Assembly (NCBI GenBank): GCA_037379345.1
Contig: CM074518.1
Coordinates: 4,650,001 to 4,714,000, forward strand
Length of the DNA: 64,000 bases
From: Perna viridis
Lineage: Eukaryota
Direction: 5' to 3'
Shown here: piece after piece, positions 1 to 12,910 of the stretch
How positions within the stretch are numbered: position 1 is the stretch's first letter
How the letters are laid out: every line of letters begins with the position of its first letter
The notes under the pieces: generated by a model
What the model saw: the letters and a program-made list of their open reading frames with translations, nothing else
Databases searched by the model: none
What the model was told of the DNA's origin: nothing
Program-made: the position numbers and the translations under genes

Positions 1-523
1 ATGTTTCTACAAAAAAGAGTTCTGAAAAGCCTTACTTGCTCAACTGGTAATGTTAGATATCTGGTTACTATTTTATTTGTCCCAGCAGAGCATTTTTTTA
101 CAGAGACTTTTCCTAATACACCGGACATTTATATAATAATCATATCAATATTGTCCAATCATAGGAATCATATTATCAACTGAAATATTTCTTATCCATG
201 ATACATGAAAGTACAGCATGTACTACAAGTATTATGCATGGTTTTCAAGATACACAATGTAAAAGTTGAAGAACCCTGTCTTTGTTCACACTACACACAT
301 TTACTTAATGAAAAATCTTCCACCAATTACAATAAAATTTGATTAATCGTGTTTTATTTGATTTAGAAAAAAATGCTGTCATATAATGATTTGATATTGT
401 TCTCTGTTGTCAATGCATGTCAATAAGTACTTTTGTGTGATAATTACATGTAATATAAGTAGTAGTTGGTTGCTCATCTTTTCAAACCCAAAAGGAAGGT
501 TGATATTGATATTGCGAGGTACA

Positions 524-2133
524 TGATTGATTGATTGATTATCTTTATTTCCACCAATATTGACGAGTTTACATTTTAACAATTATACAAACATTACATA
601 ATACACAATTTACTAAACATACACATCAAAATGTAAATACAGACGAAGAAAAAAATATATATATCGATACAAAATAAGGGCATCAATGCCCAAAATTAAG
701 TCTGTTACATTTCAAAATATCTTAATCTTTATACGCATGTCATAGATATAATCTGCTACGCAGTACATCAGAGTTTTCCAAATTTCTGAATCCATTGTTT
801 CTACAAATTCAGTAATTCCACCAAGTAAAGTTATATCATCATCTTCCTGCATGAAGAAGCGGACCGATTCTTGGATTGGTAGCAGGTCAACTATTGGGTA
901 GAAGATTTTGTTTCTTGCTTCTATCAAATCATTACAGTTCAATAGTAAGTGTTTCGCGATACCAATATCAAAACAGTTGCACAGAGTACATTGCATACAC
1001 CCGAGTTTTACAACAAGTAATAGTTTTTCTTTCAATAGTGGGTTTATTGTTGCGAGACTTTATGAATTTTATAGTATCTGTTAAGGTCTGGTCGGTTTTC
1101 TACAGAAGATTTCCACTTTGATTCTTCGCGAATTTCTAATGACTGGTGCGTAATTTTAGACTACAGTCATTTTTTCAGGGATATAAGTGTCTTCAATATA
1201 ACATTCGAGAAACGATAACATATCGTATTTCATTAAGGTTCTTATTAAGTCATATGTTACTGAATCCTGATTTATGTCACCACTAAGTATTTGACCCAAA
1301 CGAAAGTTATATATTTGTTTATGTGTTGTGTCGTGCTTGGCTCTACATAACCTTCCAAAGAACAGTAATTTGAATTTATTAATTTGAATTGAAGTCCGTT
1401 CACTGACCACAACCCAATGCTACTGATGCATGCATCTGTTGGGGACCGTTTGTCGAACACTAATACAAATCTTGCAAAGTATTGCTGAGTCTGCTCTAAC
1501 AGTTCTGTTTCTGTAGCCGTTAATTTACACCAAGTTTCACATGCATAAGTGGCTGTCCGTAAGATAATACGCTTACAAATGATATTATTTGTAATAGTTG
1601 ACATATCGTTACTGTTAAGACCAATTGAATATAAGGAATGCAAGTTCTTTATTAATTTTTACACGCGTTTTCAGTTCGTTCTCAGTCTGTAGTTTTTCTA
1701 GGTGAGTCAAGTAGAGTCCTTGCATATACAACCTTTGATGTCGTATGTATAGTGTCATTTCCAGCTTGAATAGGACTTCAGAATCGTTACACTTTCGTGA
1801 TTTCGAGGATCTAAATATTAAACAATGGCTTTTAGAAGCATTGTATTTAAGTCTCCAAGTTCGAGCATATTTATCCACTACATTCAATAGTGTCTGTAAA
1901 CCGTGTTTAAATGTGCTTCGCACTGTTGTATCATCTGCCAACAAAATCGACGGTATATGTAGATTGCCTAACATGAGACCACAGTTTATATCGATAAGTT
2001 GATAAATAAGATCATTGATAAAAAGCGAAAACAGCCAAGCTGACACCACTCGTCCCTGTCCGACGCCCTGCTAAATGGGAAATGTTCTACTGGTTCTAGA
2101 GTTATATTGAAAACGTGCAGTGGCACTTTTGTA
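524..2133 (-). mobile_element. 5'-truncated, frameshifted non-LTR retrotransposon (3' part of ORF2 RT plus 3' UTR)
   Basis: RT motifs QGVGQGRVVSAWLFSLFIND and LLADD (ORF 1615-2049); YACETW (1272-1643); C-terminal CxxC..H..C remnant (712-1035); AATAAA and (AATC)n tail at ~524-550 on the minus strand. Confidence 0.85.
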
Positions 2134-2554
2134 GGAAACGTAAAAAATTGTCCATATTTTGCCGGTGATCCCAATATTCCAAAGTTTATGTAAAAGTCCA
2201 TCTTGCCAAATGCGATCAAACGCTTTTTTCGTTTAAACGCACGATAAACGCCCAAAGGAAGCGTTCGTTTAAACGCTAGATAGAAGCGTTCGTTTATTTA
2301 TTTTATAAATTTTTTTTTTAAAATAATTTATATATTAATATTCACGAATATGGCAGTTATTAACAATAATAAATCAATTATAAATATTTATAATTCAAGC
2401 CAAAGTGGATTAAAATGCTTATTAATACATGTTTTTTAGATAACTATTAATATTTATAATTCATTTATAGATATTTATGAATACAGTTTGCTGCTATTGT
2501 TTATACTACATATAGCGATTACATGTAGTTAACATATTCTCTGCTGCAATATCA

Positions 2555-3546
2555 TGGGCGGATCCAGGAATTCAGGTAGGGGGTGTAAAGTATGGCAGGT
2601 CGCATTCATATTTATTCCATATTTTAGATTCCTCATACATGTATAATAAATCAGGTATATTATAAATGTATAACATATCATATATCTCATATACTATGTA
2701 AGATTTCTTATGTAATACAATAATATTCTAAAACAAGGAATAAATGTGGAAACGGCTTGCTTGCCATACATTGTTCACATATTATATAAGATATACTATG
2801 TATAAGATATCTCATATATGTTAATTGATATAAGATATGATATACAAGATCTACGATATCTTTAATATTGAATAAATATGAAGACAACTTGCTATAGTAA
2901 AGAGAATTAAAGGCTGGGCAAAACAGGGGAGACAAATATTGGCAGTTGAATTTGTGAAAAATCAAAATTTTATACAAAAAAAAAATTCCCAATTTATTGG
3001 GGGCTGTCTACCTCTGATGAAACTGCACCTGAATATTATCAATATATCGGTTAATATTTGTACCCTAAGGTTAATATTGTATAGAGGTTAGAGACATGAA
3101 TCCCTAGTTTAAATTTTGATTTCCTTTCCGTGATATTGGGAATGTTAGAAATGTGGTTCATTTTTACATTCATAGTATATTTTATGTTTGTTTATTAAGA
3201 TCATTTTTCTTTCTAATTTGTAGTTCAAATATTGGCTATATCAGCAGACGTATACTGAGAATTTTTGGCTGAGGAATTCTGCATTATTACTCACCTTGAA
3301 TCTGTCAAATAAGAATTTGCAACAGAAAGGTGACAGATAGACAGTAACAGGGGTTAAAGTTTGACTCTGATTATGTGCAGTACAGAAATATTACTACAGA
3401 CCTAACATAAAGCTAACTAAATTGCATGCATACAAAGACAAGAAGATTGATTTTTTAAAAATGAGATTGAGGATCTGTTTGCATCATTCTAGAAACACAA
3501 CAGCATTCTCACATGATTTTTTCTTCAGAAGATGGATTGATACATT
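2555..3546. repeat. Left arm (part 1) of a diverged long inverted duplication; partner ~18655-19603
   Basis: Reverse-complement matches read directly, e.g. ggggttaaagtttgactctg (~3350) vs agagtcaaactttaacccc (~18836), and gatccaggaattcaggtagggggtgtaaa (~2561) vs tttacaccccaacctgaaatcgtggatc (~19569). Confidence 0.85.
2591..2768. mobile_element. Short MITE-like element
   Basis: Imperfect terminal inverted repeats tatggcaggtcgcattcatatttattcc / ggaataaatgtggaaacggcttgcttgccata; termini related to those of the 11660-12541 element. Confidence 0.5.
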
Positions 3547-3952
3547 AGAGGAAACGCTTAAAATCTTGGGGCTTCGATATTAAGTCGTTTCAATACTTTA
3601 TTTTGAACAAAACAATCTGTATGAAACAGGAAAAATGTAATAAAAATACAAATATTATAGCACAAATTACAATTTTACATTTTACGCTTTAAATATTGTA
3701 ACAAACATATAACGCAAATACAATGAAAAAAAATAATACTCTATGCAAAAATCACTTCACTTGACGTTCGAAATGTCTGTCCGTTATGTCGTGTAGATCT
3801 AGGTCAAAACGTTAATTTCCATCTGAAGTTAACACACATATAAATTGAAATAGGTTTTTATTATCTATGAAAATAAATATGAAATACAAACAAAATTCAA
3901 ATTCAAGATACAAATAAAATATAAAATACCAGTAATTTTACACACTATCACA
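3547..3952 (-). repeat. 3' LTR of the Gypsy element (~406 bp)
   Basis: 3547-3691 is nearly identical to 10550-10706; begins TGTGATAG on the minus strand immediately after the PPT. Confidence 0.85.
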
Positions 3953-3961
3953 TACTCCCCC
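3953..3961 (-). promoter_or_regulatory. Polypurine tract
   Basis: GGGGGAGTA directly 5' of the TG start of the 3' LTR. Confidence 0.75.
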
Positions 3962-4309
3962 GGCCGTGAAATGACGTCATTTCTGGGGAGATCTGATGAC
4001 ATCTATGATGGTCTTGGCTGTCTCATCCCTAATGTTGTTGAATAAATCTGTATTCGCCAACGACGTTAAACATTTAACCCTCTGGAACCAGTCTTTGCTA
4101 GATGTAACAGACTTCAACATATGGTACTGCCCAGACGTCATCCATGTCGGTGCTTTCCTCGTTCTAGTAGAACGTCTGACGTCTACGGGAGACGATGATG
4201 TGGTGAAGATTGCTCCGAAACATTGTCCTGAGTGTCATCATCAGTTTCCTCTGGTGTTGAAGGCCTTCTTGTGTTCTGATTCTCCGTAGTATGGGCGTCC
4301 CCATCAAAA

Positions 4310-7300
4310 TCAATCACCGACGTGAAACTGTTGGTATTTCTTGATGCTGATCATTTCTACTGATGGATGAATCACTGTTATTCTCAGTTTGGTATACCAA
4401 AATTTCCATTTTTTCATTGGACGACGCTGGCATGAACTCCTCTTTGACTTTCTCCGGTGGTTGCAATTGCTGTTTCTTTGTTCTTGGTATTTCTTTTCTA
4501 TCAGTTTGAGATTTCGTATTTTCTCGGTTGGATTCGGTCTTTTCCGTTCTATGCTTGGTTTCGGTATTGGTCTCCCTGGTTCCATAAGGTGTCCTACAGG
4601 CAACAACTGGTTTCTATGCAACGTTCGTTTTCTACCTTCCCCGTTCTGCTGTTTGACAACATATACTGGAATATCCAGGTTTGGTTGGTCTATAACTATA
4701 TACGGATTGTCTTCCCGTCTGTCTGAAATTTTGTGTTTTCCTTCTAAAGCTAACATCTTTACTAATACCAAATCGCCTTTCATGATGGTTGCTCCTTTCA
4801 CTTTCAAATTATAGTTACATTTCTGTTTCTGTCGGGACTTTGTTGATGCTTCTATCGCCAACTGATGTGCATGTTCTAGTCTCTGTTGAAGGTCTTTGAT
4901 GTAGTTGGACCCTGGCCTGTCCTTTCGAATACCAAAAGCAACATCCATTGGCAGTCTTGGTTCCCGGCCAAACATCAGATGATAAGGAGAGAATCCCGTC
5001 GGATCGTGTCTAGTACAGTTGTAAGAGTGTACAAGGGGTCCGACATAAGATTTCCAATTCTTCTTCTGTGTTGGTTCCAAGGTACCAAGCATGTCTAGTA
5101 GAGAGAGTTTTGTTAAACCGCTCGCATTGGTCATTTCCAATCGGATGGTAACTTGTCGTTCGTGATTTGTCCATTCCTGTCAAGCTGCAAAACTCCTTCA
5201 TAATCTTCGACTCAAAGTTGGTGCCTTGATCGGAGTGTATACGCTCAGTGATTCCATACCGGACGATAAAGTTCTGGTAAAAGGCTTCTGCTGTAGTTCT
5301 AGCGGTCTGGTTTCTAGTTGGGACTGCTTGAGCAAACCTGGTGAAATGATCCGTGATGATAAGTATATGTTGATATCCGCCTTTAGATGGTTCCAACTTT
5401 AAGAAGTCCATGCATACTCTCTGCATTGGTGACGTTGTACGGATACTGCAAAGCGCTGCACGCTGGTTGGTCATTGATTTCCTTCTTATACAACGTTGAC
5501 ATCTAGATACCCACTCAGTAACATCCTTGTGCATGCCTGGCCAGTAAAATCTTTTTCTTAGGAGTGAAAGTGTACGGTCTTTACCTGGATGTCCCATGTC
5601 GTTATGTAATGCCTGCATAGTTGATTGTATTAGTTCAGCTGGAAGTACAAGTTGTTCCTTTACTTCATCGTTGATGGTAACCTCTCGGTAAAGAGCACCG
5701 TCAATTATCTCCATGTGTTGGTACTATCTCTTTAACATGGTATCTTATTTATCTGATGGTTCCTGACTAGCGATGATATGTAGCCAACGACTGATGGTTT
5801 TGTCTTTCATCTGTGCTTTTCTCCAGTCAATAATATCTGAAATGGCTGACCCTGGAATATCCTCCATAATAATTTCCAACTTCGATGGATCGACAGGTAG
5901 GCATTCTGCAAGAGGTGAAGAAGACGCTGAGTTGCATATGGCTTTAATGGTGTCGTCGTTGATGTCGATGGTGTTGACAGGTTGTCGACTCAATGCATCT
6001 GCGTCACAGTTGGTTCTCCCTGGTCGATAATATATGTGGAAGTTGAAGGAAGAAAGATCTGCCAACCATCTATGTCCCGTTGCGTCTAACTTTGCCGTTG
6101 ATAGAACATAAGTTAAAGGATTATTATCTGTTAATACAGTAAATTTAGTTCCATAAAGGTAATCTTTAAATTTATCAGTAACGACCCACTTTAAAGCTAA
6201 AAATTCTAATTTATGAGGTGGATAATTCTTTTCCGCTTTCGTTAATCCTCGACTAGCATAACAGATGACGCGTTTTTCCTCTCCTACTTGCTGGTAAAGT
6301 ACAGCACCAAGTCCGATTAACGATGCATCGACATGGACTTCATAGGGTAGCTGGGTATCCGGGTAACTGAGAATAGGAGCTGATGTAAGTAGCTGCTTAA
6401 GTTTCTTGAAGGCGTAGTCTTACTGTTCCCCCCATTTCCATTCTCGCTGAGGTTTCTTCTTTCGCTCCCCCTTCCTGCCTGGTGGAATTGGCATCACATC
6501 CGTCAACGGCTTACTTACCTGACTGAAATTCCGGATGAAGCGTCGGTAATATCCGGCTAGGTCTAGGATTCGACGAACATCCTCGGGTGAAGTCGGAGTT
6601 GGCCAGCTGGTAACACGGTCGGTCTTGTCGGGGTCTACTTCTACTCCGTCTTTAGATACTATGTGGCCTAGGAACTTAACTCGTCGCTGGAAAAACAAAC
6701 ACTTGTTTGGCGCCAATTTCAAGTGTGCTTGTCGAATTCTGTCCATCACTAGTTTCAAATTCTGTAGATGTTCTTCATATGTTTCTTTCCAAATATAATC
6801 ACGTCGTCTATAAACACGCAGCATATTCTGAGGTGGTAATCGGCTAATACATCCTCCATAAGGCGTTGATAAGTGGCCGGATTTTTAGTTAAACCAAAAG
6901 GCATTCTATTAAATTCGTAAAAACCAAGTGGACCGACTGTAAAGCTCGTGCGCTCTTTATGAGGCTCATAAATCTCAACTTGATGATAACCTGATTTCAT
7001 ATCCACCGTTGAAAAATATGTACTTCCGGTTAAGCAATCCAAAAAATCTTCTATTCTGGGAAGGCTGTAGCTATCTTTCTTCGTATTGTTAATTAGTTGT
7101 CGGAAATCTACGCAGAGTCGAAGGGATCCATCTTTCTTTCTTGCTAATACCACGTTCGACGCAAATGGACTGCTGAATGATACCTGCATTCAGAAGTTGT
7201 CTTAGATGATTCCTAACTTCTTCGTAAGCTGATGGTGGAATTCTACGGTAGCGTTGCTTAAATGGTTTGTCTTCGATGAGGTCTATACGGTGTTGCACTG

Positions 7301-8314
7301 CGTCAGTATGGCCAACATCTTTATCTGACTTGGAAAAGATATCCATGTATGACCTGATAAGTGCTAGTCCATCTTGGAGTTGTTCTGTGCTTAGATCACT
7401 CTGGGTTATCTTGATTTGACTAAGGACCTTGGCTATCTCATCTTCACTTGGTAAAGTCGGCGAGTCTTCGATGGTAACAGGTTGCAACTCACAGACGACG
7501 GTAGCTCTAGGTGGAATATTGAGTGTTCTGGTGGTAACGTTGGTTAATGTGATGGTTACTGGGCTTGTTTGTTTATGTTGGTAGGTGATAAGCGCTGGTT
7601 CGACGTCGAAGTCTGCATTATTCTTAGCCAGTGGTGATGAGTGGAGCATAGCAGGTGTAGTATGATATGGAACTCTTTTATCTATGAATCCGGAAAATGT
7701 GGTGCTGGAATTGGGAGGTAAGACGATGGTATTTTCTACATTCTTTACTAGACCCAAGCGGTTGTCATTCTTGGTGAGTTCCTTCTCTCTGAGTAGTATG
7801 CATCTAAGAGTCAGGTACCATGGTATGGTAAGTCCGCTGTTCTGAAGAAATCGCTGGCCTATACTTATCTTTAAATAATGGATGGCCTATACTTATCTTT
7901 AAAATTTCCATTATATGAGACAGGGCGTTGGTTCCAAGCAGTAGAAGTACATGATGATTGTATCGGCTGTCAGCTGTTATTAACAGGATACATGTATGGT
8001 GCTGGTATCTGTATATCTACCTCAGTATATCTTATATACGGCAACTTTTTCCCGTCTGCACATTCAATATCTAACATCTTCTCAATGGTGATCAGTGGTG
8101 TAGACATATGTTCCCTATAATAGTTCTCGCTAACTGTGGATACTGTCGAACCGGTGTCAAGTAGAGCTGTTGTTAAATTTCCGTTTAGTTTAATCTGCAC
8201 TTCAATAGGTGTTCCAAAAAGACCTGGTGGAACTCTCACTTGGTTGATTTTGGGAACATTCTGTTGACTCAAGCCTATAGACGTCCCCCTTGCATAGGTT
8301 TCTGTGCGTTTAAA
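4310..8314 (-). pseudogene. pol: Gypsy pol (protease, RT, RNase H, integrase), broken by frameshifts and stops
   Basis: LLDTGSTVS protease; RLCVDFR, MPFGL and FIDDVII RT; DAS..GLGAVL and LEFLALKW RNase H (~6066-6340, not in ORF track); HNDMGH..CQRC zinc finger, TDHFTRF and HSDQG integrase. Confidence 0.95.
8270..8314 (-). promoter_or_regulatory. -1 programmed ribosomal frameshift signal (gag-pol)
   Basis: Slippery heptamer T TTA AAC (8308-8314) in the gag frame; the -1 frame runs open into the protease ORF at 8272; CCTAT...ATAGG stem downstream. Confidence 0.75.
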
Positions 8315-9371
8315 GTTGCCTTCTTACTGTGATCAAGACGGACCTTATATCCTATTCTGAGATGGCCATGGTTGTTGAGTTTTCTTTTGCCATGGTTACT
8401 GCATGTTCTGCGGCCAAGATGTCGAAGGTTCGCGTTCTTGTGACTGTTCTTGTTGAAATCTCTTGTCATATCCATCGCGTCTGGCTCTGATCTGATTTAT
8501 CATTCCCTTCAGTTCATCCATCTCAGAAGGAGCATCAGTCTGACGGTCATTAGCAGATTTGCTGGTTTGGGGTTTGGCAGGTTTCGTTGCTGTGCGGTTA
8601 CAGTGGTCACTCTCAATCTGTCTCAATGCAACTCGTAAACCGTCAAAATATTTTATGGTGTCGTACTTATATCCCGAGATGTCTTTCAGGGAAGGTTTCA
8701 ATCCGGTCCATAACATGGAGTGAAGCATGCCATCAATATGAAGTCTGCTTACAAGTCCACGTTCCACTGCCTTGCCAAGGATACCCACTAACCTGCAACT
8801 CCAGCTAGTAAGACTCATCCTCTCGCTGACGTGACCCATAAAATTCGTCAAGCAATTCCTGTTTCTCATCGACGCTTCCATATATTGAATCGAGTTTCTG
8901 TAGAATCTCTTCAACTGTGGCATCAAGTGGCAATGTAAGGGCTACATAACCTGCTTCACCTCTGAGAGATCTTCGTATGCATTAAAGATGGAATGAATCC
9001 TTCTCATATAATTGGTTCATCAAGCAGCGTACTTCATGTTTCAAGAGCTCATACGTTGTTTCTCCTGACTTCGGTTCTGTGCCAGAAAACCATGTGATCT
9101 TCGATGGCTGACTCATGGACATCTTCGTCGGTCTATCTATCTTCATTGGGGGTTGCAAGGTATTACTATTTACTGCTGGGTTTACATCTTGCTGGGGTAT
9201 CCGCCCTGATGATCGTAGGTGATCTATCATCCAAGAATTTAAATCTTCTGGTGTGTCACATTTAGGCTTAACTCCCATTTTCTGAAACGCTTCAAAAAGT
9301 TTCTTGGCATCTGGTAATATCTCTGGTCCCTTATCCGCAGTATCGGGTACTTCTTTCCCTCCTGTTGCCAT
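8275..9371 (-). pseudogene. gag: Gypsy gag, PNMA/Ma-like capsid, frameshifted
   Basis: ATG at 9371; ITWFSGTEPKSGETTYE..KHEV resembles the PNMA-type capsid N-terminus; lies upstream of pol and ends at TAG 8275-8277. Confidence 0.8.
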
Positions 9372-10534
9372 ACTGTAAGCTGAACTAACTTACTTATACT
9401 TACTTATGATGACGTGTGTCCGATTACAACTTGTAACACTTACTTACATGTTTACATCAGTCAACTTACTTACTGTGTGTTTATAACAAACTACCCTGTA
9501 CTACTGTATAATCAATCAATCAATCACAGATAGACTTGGACGCAATGTAAAAAAAAGTTGCACACAATAGTGTCTCTGAGGTATCAAATATAAGGAGCTG
9601 GGCTAGCGAAACTTTTACGTTCGCAAAATAAAATTTAGACAATATCAACTTACGCTGTATCTAATCAAGTGTAGTCTTACTACGTATATGATCTGTCAAT
9701 GGTCAAAAGTCAATACTAGACTAAGTAAAATAGACCAAAGGTGAAAATCTGTACACCTAAAACATATCCCAACCTAAACTAACTACAACTACCTCAAGGA
9801 AAACTGCCTGAATGAAGAATAGTCAACTGAGCAGCTGAAAAGGTAGGCTACATGCAATAGGTGCGTGTAAAATAGACATACAGGTTCTGGTAGCTAGGAT
9901 TGGAAGTGCAATGTTAATAGATAAGCGTTAGGATTAACTGCAAATGTATAGTACCAAATATCGATCTCGCTCTACGTTGTCGATTGATATTAACGTTTAA
10001 TTACAAATTAACTTTAACTTTAAATTAAAAGTTTAAGTTTTGAAAACTAATCAAACTTTATCAAATTTTAAACTTAAAATTCAAATTCTAAATTAAGTTT
10101 GAATTAAATTAACTAATTTATCTATTATCAAAAACAAAATAACTTCTCCAATTTACTCTCCTCAAATTTACATAAGTATTTCACTAAAATCTCAAAATCT
10201 AAGCTTATAAGCAAATAAGCAAAGGCGTACCAGGAATAAGTAATGCTAAGCGTACAAAGCAAACAAAAGCAATGATTTATATAAATAATTTGCTAACACA
10301 TAAAGCAAACACAATACAAAAGTTTTACAAAATATGCATAAATAACTTACTATAAAATGTTGCTATAGCACAAATCTCCTATGCCGAATATCCATAAGCC
10401 ATGGCGAAAACAAAAACACAGCTGTGATGACTCCGCAATCTAGTCTTTAAAGTGCACTAATGTCAATATCGTATATCATCGTAGTGTACATAGATCCACA
10501 AATCCAATTTCATCAGAATTTCGTCCAAAAAAAT

Positions 10535-10548
10535 CTACGTGGGCGCCA
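10535..10548 (-). promoter_or_regulatory. Primer binding site, tRNA-Lys-like
   Basis: TGGCGCCCACGTAG one base after the 5' LTR end (...TTCCACA); resembles the Lys PBS TGGCGCCCAACGTG. Confidence 0.75.
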
Positions 10549-10549
10549 T

Positions 10550-10706
10550 TGTGGAAGCGCTTAAAATCTTGGGGCTTCGATATTAAGTCGTTTCAGGTTC
10601 AATACTTTATTTTGAACAAAACAATCTGTATGAAACAGGAAAAATGCCCTGTAATAAAAATACAAATATTATAGCACAAATTACAATTTTACATTTTACG
10701 CTTTAA
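10550..10706 (-). repeat. Truncated 5' LTR (~157 bp remain)
   Basis: Matches 3547-3691 except for small indels and a few substitutions; then switches abruptly to inverted-duplication sequence. Confidence 0.85.
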
Positions 10707-11533
10707 GCGTGGCTAAGCCAAAATGTTAAGGGTATGCACAAATATAAGGTAAGGTAGCATGAACTGTACATTTGAAATGTGAAAAGGTTTCGGTGTGGCA
10801 TTGGATATTTAAAAACAGAATGCTGTTTACTTTATGACACACAGGGAACAATTATATCAGTGGGACAGATATGATAAAGATGTACATAAATCACCAGTCC
10901 ATGGACAGTTATGATATAGGTGTAGTCAGTCATCAGTTCAACATGTACATTATATGATCATTGGACTGAACTGTTACAGAGGACAGTTATACAAACGGAA
11001 CATTTATGATATAGGTGTAAACCAGTCATCAGTACAACATGTACATTATATGATTGTTGGACTGAATTGTTACAGAGGACAGTTATACAAACGGAACAGT
11101 TATGATATAGGTGTAGACCTGTCATCAGTACAACATGTACATTATATGATCGTTGGACTGAACTCTTGCAGGGGACAGCTATACAAACGGGACAGTTATG
11201 ATGTAGGTGTAGACCTGTCATCAGTACAACATGTACATTATATGATCGTTGGACTGAACTCTTGCAGGGGACAGCTATACAAACGGGACAGTTATGATAT
11301 AGGTGTAGACCAGTCATCAGTTCAACATGTACATTATATGATTGTTAGACTGAACTATTACAGAGGACAGTTATACAAACGGGACAGTAATGATATAGGT
11401 GTAGTCAGTCATCAGTTCAACATGTACATTATATGATCATTGGACTGAACTGTTACAGAGGACAGTTATACGAACGGGACAGTAATGATATAGGTGTAGA
11501 CCAGTCGTCAGTCCAACATGTACATTATATGAT
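10707..11533. repeat. Left arm (part 2) of the inverted duplication, containing a 96-bp minisatellite (~6.5 copies, ~10903-11533)
   Basis: The unit translates as a 32-aa repeat in the ORF track; an inverted, diverged copy lies at ~17672-18230. Confidence 0.9.
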
Positions 11534-11659
11534 TCTTCCGTCGATCTTTTATATTATCAACCATTTTCGTAATATGTTCAGTAATAATGCTCAATCTTAA
11601 CGAAATCAATAATTGAGCAAATACATACGACCTGCCGATTTTATTATTATTCCAATTTG

Positions 11660-12541
11660 TAGATAATTATCTTCTATTTTCATAAGATACCTTAGATATT
11701 GTGTTTGTAGGATACCTCATACAATTTTGCTAATAAGATATCATAAACTCGAAGTATAACAGATATTCCATAAAGCACATAAGATATTAGATAAAGAGTA
11801 ATCAAGGGAACCAAGACTATAGCGGTAATCAAAAGAGTGTAGTCCAGGGACAAAGACCAGACATGGAAAACAGACATACACAACAAATAACATAAAGTAA
11901 CTAAAATCATACATACAAAGTAACAAAAGTAAATGAGCAACTCGGACTCCACTAAAAACTGGGAGCATGGATCAGGTGCACCGGTAGGGTAAGCGTCCTC
12001 TGCTTTTCTAGAAACACCCGCCGAGTTGCTCATAAAAAGATTATAAAATATCTTTCAAAGTATATAAGATATCTCATAAACATAATTTTATAAATTATTT
12101 CATAAAGTCTATGAAATAGCTTATACACTTTACTAGATAACTTATTAACTTAATAACATATCTTATAAACTTCATTCTTAACTTCTAATCTTTATCTGAT
12201 ATCTTATAAAACAATAAGATATATTATATACTTTAAGATAGCTTACAAACCGTTTATTATATAAGATATCTTATAAAAATGGGAGATATCCACAAAATTG
12301 TTTGAAATATCTACAAATTGCAATTTCAATTTGTAGATATCTCATATAATTTAGTAAATATCTTCTATTTTTTGTAAGATATCTTATAAATTTTATGAGA
12401 TGTCTCATAAACTTTACTAGATATCTTATACACTTTATGAGATATCTTATTCTATAAGATATCATAAAGGAAATAGGACATATCTACTTAATTATATAAG
12501 AAATCTACAAATTGGAATTGATATGAATACGGCGTGACATA
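11660..12541. mobile_element. MITE-like element built of ~14-bp AAGATATCTTATAA-type repeats
   Basis: Inverted ends tccaatttgtagata / tctacaaattggaattgatatgaatacgg; many internal agatatct repeats; interrupted by a PLE 3' fragment. Confidence 0.55.
11795..12034 (-). mobile_element. 3' end fragment of a Penelope-like element
   Basis: Near identical to 63520-63710, which directly follows a PLE RT C-terminus; further copies at ~18280-18490 (+) and ~33430-33510 (-). Confidence 0.75.
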
Positions 12542-12910
12542 AATACAGACAAACCAGTCTCAATACGGGATTGCAGGCCCAATTATGAAAAACCGTTTCA
12601 ACACCTGATACCTTTTGATTTCATTCAAAAGCTACAGTTTTATGATACAGCTATCCATTACGCTGTATTATTGCTGGTCTGACCAAGAGTCGATCATGTA
12701 TCTAAATCAGTTCCAGATATTTCACATAGGTACATTATTTGGGCATCATCCTTTTGCGCCCATTGGCGAAAACATGTAGTTCGATTGTGCAAAATTATAT
12801 TCCCGAAGTTGAATTGCGTGAAAAAAGATTACCAATTGCGATAGTTTGCCCGTAAAAAATCTTTAAAGCTAGTGATGCCAAATATTTCACAAAATATATG
12901 AAAATAGAAT

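Larger units (their letters stand above)
3547..10706 (-). mobile_element. Ty3/Gypsy LTR retrotransposon, near complete, frameshifted, 5' LTR partly deleted
   Basis: Order gag-PR-RT-RH-IN; direct repeats at both ends; PBS and PPT in the expected positions. Confidence 0.95.

Noticed and set aside
10925-11515. CTGATGA on the minus strand in most minisatellite units as hammerheads
   Set aside because: No stem II or GAAA follows.
10903-11533. 96-bp array as a CRISPR array or repeat-protein gene
   Set aside because: Contiguous units with no unique spacers; frames are open on both strands only because the unit is a stop-free multiple of 3; the inverted copy is decayed.
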